Shown here piece by piece: positions 59,544 to 64,000 of a stretch of DNA of 64,000 nucleotides. A program made the position numbers and the translations under genes. The stretch is taken from the NCBI GenBank assembly GCA_026388315.1, contig JAPLKA010000037.1:34259-98258 (forward strand). Direction: 5' to 3'. Numbering within the stretch: the first letter of the stretch is position 1; each line of letters opens with the position of its first letter. The notes beneath the pieces are model-generated. The model was not told the origin of the DNA and made no database searches. It was given only the letters and a program-made list of their open reading frames with translations. Source of the stretch: Pseudomonadota bacterium (lineage in GTDB: Bacteria; Desulfobacterota; Syntrophorhabdia; Syntrophorhabdales; Syntrophorhabdaceae).

Positions 59544-60584
59544 TTATCGGCATAGACAAGATTTATATGTCGCAAAGTAAAAAATGCTCAATCCTTCTTT
59601 TTCTTTTATGTAAAAAATGGGGAAAGGAGATTTATATACCCCCCCTTCCAGTGATAGGGAGTGGGGGATTTTTTTACCAGCAAAACATACACTGAGTTTG
59701 GAGAAGATATCAAAAGCCCTGGTATCGGTTCCGGCCTGTGTAAGCGTGAGCAACTCCTCATAGTCGTTCAGAAGGGCCTCGTCCGATCTGTCGAATAGAG
59801 AAAGGCAGCATTGCGTGCTCACGCTTACCCGCTCGTTACTCACCCTGTCAGGATTGATTCGAGAAAGATCAAGCTGATCAAGGCCGAAAAAGGCGGAAAC
59901 CTCGTTCATTAACCCTTGCAGATACTTTAGCTCCCACTCTTTTTCGAAACCGCTCAGATAGATATGGCGGGGCGGCAGGTCTATTCTCCATTCCTTTTTT
60001 ATCTCTTCGGCATATTTCTGGCTCAAATACTGTATTGCCTTCGTATTAATAAGCAACACGGGATCGAACTCACAGGAAAATGAGCTTTCCGCCAGCTCGA
60101 CGCTGACAGAAATGTAGAAGAGAGGGTAGGCAGTTCTGTCATATGTGATGTCCAGCAGGTAGAGGGGAGATAGAAATCCTGTTTGTTCCATTACAAGCTT
60201 GTTCTTCCACAGTTCATACAACTCATCATGAAAACCGGGGAGTTGATACTATGGCGGAGAAGTGGCATTATCTTTTTCCCCGCGGGCATCTTGTGTAATC
60301 CTGTTGCCGTCATGTTCAGAAAAGGCGTCCTGAAAAGCACGGCCAAAGCCGATTCGTTTCACTTTTTTAAAGGGGTTCTTATGAAAACCGTCGGCGAGCA
60401 AGGCCAATGCTTTACGGTTAAGGTCAGGGTATCTGGACAGGTCGATACCTGTGAGCAGTCTATCGGTGTTGCGCAGCAGGATTTTTCTTGCCGGTAAACG
60501 CTTGTCTTTGAAATCGGTTTCGAGGAATTCCATATAGTACCGGCACAGTTCTGACAGAAAATGTTTTGGATCAAATGTCGGTTC
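59544..60584 (-). pseudogene. disrupted gene of unknown family (start-proximal frameshift, in-frame TAG, aberrant 3' end)
   Basis: ORFs 60533..60249 and 60221..59544 share a frame and are separated by one TAG (60251-60249). AAGGAG plus ATG at 60584 is out of frame by 1 with the protein-like reading NEPTFDPKHFLSELCRYYMEFLE. Confidence 0.45.
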
Positions 60585-60707
60585 ATTCGTGGGTATCTCC
60601 TTTTATTTTTAGTTGATGAAAAGACAAAAAAAGTGGGAATTTTATACCCGAGAATAATCCGTGTATGTAATATATATAGATGTGCACAAACTCGCACAAA
60701 ACTGGAT

Positions 60708-61406
60708 TCAAAAAAGTACAAGCTCTTCCCCCCTGGCCAAACGGTCCGCCTGACGGAGTAATTTGTCAAGGGCATAATTACTGTCCCTGTGGTGATTGAT
60801 AATGGACTGCAACACGGCATCTATCCATGGAACACCATAGCCCGCAAAACAATCCTTGACCACCCCGGCCCCGATAATGGGGTGGTCAGCCGAGGAATAA
60901 CTGTCCAGACTACCGAAGACATGAATCTTGCCCAAATCATGAGCTAAGCCTGCCGTTATATACATATCGATAAGGTCGAAATGGCTTTCGGGGTATTCTG
61001 CTGTCCTTAATGCAACTATGATCCTGGCGACACGGCGACTGTGGTCTTTGAGGGAGACCCTCGTCAGGACATCCCACTGCGATGTCCTGACGAATGAAGC
61101 CCGTCCGTTTGTGCGGACAGATGAACAGTCGCCATACTGTTCAAGGATGTTTATCAGTTTATGGACACCGGCCAGTGCATTCGCTAACACATATTCTCCT
61201 TTGTATGGGTCTACAAACTCTGCATATAAACTGCGGACTGGATTATTAACAACCTGCTCCGGCTTCCTTGGTGTAACTATGACCGGAGGAACACCGGGAG
61301 CAGGAGGTCTGGTTTCCGGGTGAGGTTCATTTATTGTGTTGCGGGAGCAAAGACCGTCCTGATGATTCTTAGCTTTTTTGAATATGTTTCGGATGATGCC
61401 AAGCAT
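60708..61406 (-). CDS. HD-domain protein
   Basis: SLKDHSRRVARI, ITAGLAHDLGKI, SADHPIIGAGVV, IINHHRD and LLRQADRLARGEE. Confidence 0.75.
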   Translation of the reverse strand: MLGIIRNIFKKAKNHQDGLCSRNTINEPHPETRPPAPGVPPVIVTPRKPEQVVNNPVRSLYAEFVDPYKGEYVLANALAGVHKLINILEQYGDCSSVRTNGRASFVRTSQWDVLTRVSLKDHSRRVARIIVALRTAEYPESHFDLIDMYITAGLAHDLGKIHVFGSLDSYSSADHPIIGAGVVKDCFAGYGVPWIDAVLQSIINHHRDSNYALDKLLRQADRLARGEELVLF

Positions 61407-61411
61407 GTACG

Positions 61412-62986
61412 TTAAGTTTCCTGATTAGATTTGTTTTTGTACACAGTGCTTACACGTTCAATCAGGCGCAGATACCCCTTTTTCTTCTTCTCGAACTCGG
61501 AAGGCAGGCCGAAGGACTCGATTTTGAGCGGCATGAGGTAAGCCGACCTGTTCGGGAAATCCTTTCTGAAAAACGTGATCTCATAGTTTCTCCCGAAGTA
61601 TCCGTCAGGAATATCGCCGACTATTAAGCCTCTTTCTTTGAGCATATGTGCTATTTTGACGAGCACTGTTCTCCGATCAGAGGAACGGAAGAGATTGATG
61701 TCAAAAACCTTTCGCTTCTCGGCAATTTTCCTGGCTGCGCTGATAAGAAAATCTGGCGTTGCATAAAGAATGCTGCCAGAAGTGAACGCTCCAAGTTTTC
61801 CTTCCCGGTATTCGTTGGTGTCGCAACTGATGATGTTCATATACCCGTAAACGTCGAACCATGCTTTCATCTCCGGGTAGCTGCGGGTACCAGCAATGGT
61901 TGCCATCTCCTGCTCCCTCGCCATCCCGTCGGCTTGTTTAAGTATCTTACCGAGACTGCTCCCGGGGGATTCATGATGCATGGATACGTCATCATACATG
62001 GAGTCCCAATTCATTCCTTTAGTTTCAATGAGGACCCTTAAAATGGATGAACTTGACCCTGGATGGTCGATCCTCGCGAATCTACCGCGTGCCCCGTAGA
62101 TCTTGGAGATGTCTGAGGCCAGGACCATAATAATCATAATGACTGCGGTCGACGTGCTCCAGAGAATTGGTTCTGATTTTAACAGTTTTAGGCCTATATC
62201 AAGGACGCGAAAGGTGTGCGCAATGAGGTTCACCTGTTGCAAGGCGTCTTTGACAAGCATATAATCCGAAGCCTCGCGGTCATATTTGCGATTGTTCAGG
62301 ACAGATGGACATTTGCCATATAATGCAAGAGCATCGAACAAAGCATATGCCACATTATAAAGACCCATCATTATCATTTCCTTCCTGAAAACAGCAATGT
62401 GCCTATTCCAATATTTGCCAGCTTCAGGATTTAGTGATGATGTGCCTATCATTTTGTCCACATATGATGGATCGTCTCTGATCTGAGAAAGTTTGAACTT
62501 GTTAGGATTTGCGTAACACGCTGCCCTTTCTGCCAGTGCGAGAGTTTGTCTGACTGCTTTAATTTCCGGTTGGGCCATATTTGCTTTTTCAATGATGAGA
62601 CTTCCTCTTTTCACTCTCATCCTGATCCGGTTTTTTACTTTCCGGGCCAAATTGAGCAGAAATCGAGTATTTTTTGAACGAATGTCGAATATTTTTCTGC
62701 ACTCGGATACCACACGTGATGGTGTGAGCGCTGGATTGTTCGCGAACCTGGCAATGATCCACTTTTCTATTTCATTTTTATATCCGCCATAACCGCTTTT
62801 TACGGTCTTTGGATCGATCCCGGTTGTGCCATAGAGGTGACACATACACTCGTCGACAATTCTTTCCAGTAATTCTCTATTATCTTTTGTGCTTGTGATT
62901 ATGTCTTTGACAAGAGACAACTTGTCTTCATCAGATTTTGAGGAATAAATTGACAATGGTGATTGGTTATCGGTATCGCTTTTCAC
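61412..62986 (-). CDS. large HD-like protein with degenerate HD dyad (SD) and extra N- and C-terminal domains
   Basis: The central region is colinear with the downstream HD protein: LIAHTFRVLDI, MVLASDISKIYG, IDHPGSS, VSMHHES and ILKQADGMAREQE. GTG start. The stop lies 5 nt before the next gene. Confidence 0.6.
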   Translation of the reverse strand: MKSDTDNQSPLSIYSSKSDEDKLSLVKDIITSTKDNRELLERIVDECMCHLYGTTGIDPKTVKSGYGGYKNEIEKWIIARFANNPALTPSRVVSECRKIFDIRSKNTRFLLNLARKVKNRIRMRVKRGSLIIEKANMAQPEIKAVRQTLALAERAACYANPNKFKLSQIRDDPSYVDKMIGTSSLNPEAGKYWNRHIAVFRKEMIMMGLYNVAYALFDALALYGKCPSVLNNRKYDREASDYMLVKDALQQVNLIAHTFRVLDIGLKLLKSEPILWSTSTAVIMIIMVLASDISKIYGARGRFARIDHPGSSSSILRVLIETKGMNWDSMYDDVSMHHESPGSSLGKILKQADGMAREQEMATIAGTRSYPEMKAWFDVYGYMNIISCDTNEYREGKLGAFTSGSILYATPDFLISAARKIAEKRKVFDINLFRSSDRRTVLVKIAHMLKERGLIVGDIPDGYFGRNYEITFFRKDFPNRSAYLMPLKIESFGLPSEFEKKKKGYLRLIERVSTVYKNKSNQET

Positions 62987-63480
62987 TGGGCTAACTATGA
63001 TATTCTGGAAAGATTGTTGAATCGTTTTTCAAAATGCAGAAACTATCGTATTCTTTAATGGCCGAAGGGGTTACACCTTGGATCCAATTGATTAAGGGAA
63101 GATGAGTATTTAAAATGCCAAATATTCAGTTCATACAGTACATGATAAAGCTATTAAATAGAGACCTTTGCAAAATCATAAAAATGCAGTCATACCGGTG
63201 AAAACCGGTATCCAGAACATATTGAATTTACTAAATGTTGCTTGCGCAAGTGAAGACGCCTGCTTTCGCAGAGCCTGCCCCTGTGAAAACGGGGGATGAC
63301 AAAAAAGGACAATCAGGGCACTTTTGCAAAAGGTCTTGTCTTTTAAAATGTAGCAAATTTGTAGCAGAATACATTGGAAAGTGTTGCATTTTATGGACTA
63401 CATCGGAAAACATGTAAACGTGATTACTTAATAATATCGAGTATATTCAGACCGGAAGCCCTGTTTGTAAAACCTCTAAA

Positions 63481-63525
63481 GTCAGATTTTGAGTCCGGCG
63501 CGTCTGCCTGTTCCACCACTTCGGC
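63481..63525 (-). tRNA. truncated tRNA-Leu(CAA)-like 5' half (acceptor 5' strand, D arm, anticodon arm only)
   Basis: The minus strand reads GCCGAAG TG GTGGAACAGGCAGACGC G CCGGA CTCAAAA TCTGA C. This closely parallels type II tRNA-Leu up to position 45. No T arm or CTTCGGC-ACCA 3' end follows. Confidence 0.5.
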
Positions 63526-63584
63526 ATGTCTTCTCTTATTTACCATATTGCTTTGTAGGTTTAAATAAAAAAGATGTGAGTTGA

Positions 63585-64000
63585 TTAGAGGTCGGTCAAT
63601 TTAACTATTGCATGAAAATCCTTGATACGCTCAAAGAACTTATAATCTGCTGTTACAAAGGCCTTGTTCAGTTTCATTGAGATCGCAAGGAAACTTGCAT
63701 CATACACTGTAACATTATATTTGAATGCAATTTCGATTGCATTATGTAAAATTTCTTTTTCAACTCCGACTGTATCGAATCCCATATCGTATAGACTTTG
63801 TAAAGCATCTTTGACGTCTGATTCTGTAAAATGAGGGTTGTACCGCAGGGCATTAGAAACTTCGCAAAACAAAAGATCGGGCACTGTGATGATGCATAAA
63901 CCCTCCTGTATGCTATTTCTCAAAGATAGCGCCTTATCAAGGTCATCCTCATCGTATTTGCTAAACCACTTTATCACTACGGATGTGTCTAAAACATATG
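63585..64000 (-). CDS. vapC: PIN-domain toxin VapC, 5' end beyond window
   Basis: The frame stays open upstream of the listed GTG and reads ..YVLDTSVVIKWF, a classic PIN N-terminus. Also VYDASFLAISM and FVTADYKF. Confidence 0.85.
   Translation of the reverse strand, partial: YVLDTSVVIKWFSKYDEDDLDKALSLRNSIQEGLCIITVPDLLFCEVSNALRYNPHFTESDVKDALQSLYDMGFDTVGVEKEILHNAIEIAFKYNVTVYDASFLAISMKLNKAFVTADYKFFERIKDFHAIVKLTDL

Noticed and set aside
60359-60820. 153-aa minus-strand ORF whose internal ATG (60584) has a good RBS
   Set aside because: The translated sequence is Cys/Ser/Thr-rich and unprotein-like, and the ORF overlaps the HD gene end. The RBS and ATG are better explained as the original start of the neighbouring disrupted gene, now out of frame.
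63058-63069. CTTCGGC-CA on the minus strand as the missing 3' acceptor end of the tRNA-Leu (split or intron-containing tRNA)
   Set aside because: The 17 nt before it cannot form a T arm and there is no GGTTCGAATCC-like loop. A 7-nt match within 500 nt is plausible by chance.

Overview
The window is about 40% GC by eye, with sharp local GC swings. I had no search tools, so every family call rests on motifs I recognise and is unverified.

Bases 1-58,043 form one nearly continuous plus-strand surface-glycan (O-antigen/EPS-type) biosynthesis super-locus. It contains:
- about 13 glycosyltransferases (mostly GT4-like, one GT2, two GT-C-like polytopic proteins)
- several SAM methyltransferases, five DegT-type aminotransferases and three SDR epimerase/dehydratases
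- a WecB-type 2-epimerase and a full wbpB-wbpD-wbpE set (UDP-2,3-diacetamido-2,3-dideoxy-hexuronate branch)
- a DUF711 / methyltransferase / racemase / TagF-like block, and SGNH and deacetylase-like proteins
- an initiating phosphoglycosyl transferase fused to a PglF-type dehydratase and a receiver domain
- two large exported glycosidase-like proteins and an O-antigen-ligase/TPR protein

I found no Wzx flippase, ABC exporter or chain-length regulator.

Small accessory insertions interrupt the locus:
- a 7.6-11.1 kb island holding a retropepsin-like protease, a coiled-coil protein, a YoeB module and a frameshifted RelE-like toxin
- two 23S-rRNA-IVS-type four-helix-bundle genes
- a decayed GxxExxY gene and a PIN fragment
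- gene relics and duplicated gene ends flanking inserted cassettes

Bases 58,044-64,000 are a minus-strand accessory block. It holds a DUF6155-like protein, a Cys-rich protein, a multiply disrupted gene, two tandem HD-domain proteins, a truncated tRNA-Leu-like 5' half and a vapC running off the window.

The most unusual signals are:
1. Mosaic islands of 7-8 nt tandem repeats sit in-frame inside at least six envelope genes. They are built from modules that recur elsewhere in the window in both orientations.
2. Four-helix-bundle gene cassettes are bracketed by complementary repeat arms. The arms also supply the neighbouring wbp genes' stop and start codons.
3. There is a PGT-dehydratase-REC triple fusion.
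4. Inverted-repeat-bounded modules, one carrying a promoter-like sequence, lie upstream of two aminotransferase genes in opposite orientations.
5. A perfect 17-bp inverted repeat brackets the 5' two thirds of the O-antigen ligase gene.

Some frameshifts sit in homopolymers and could be assembly errors.
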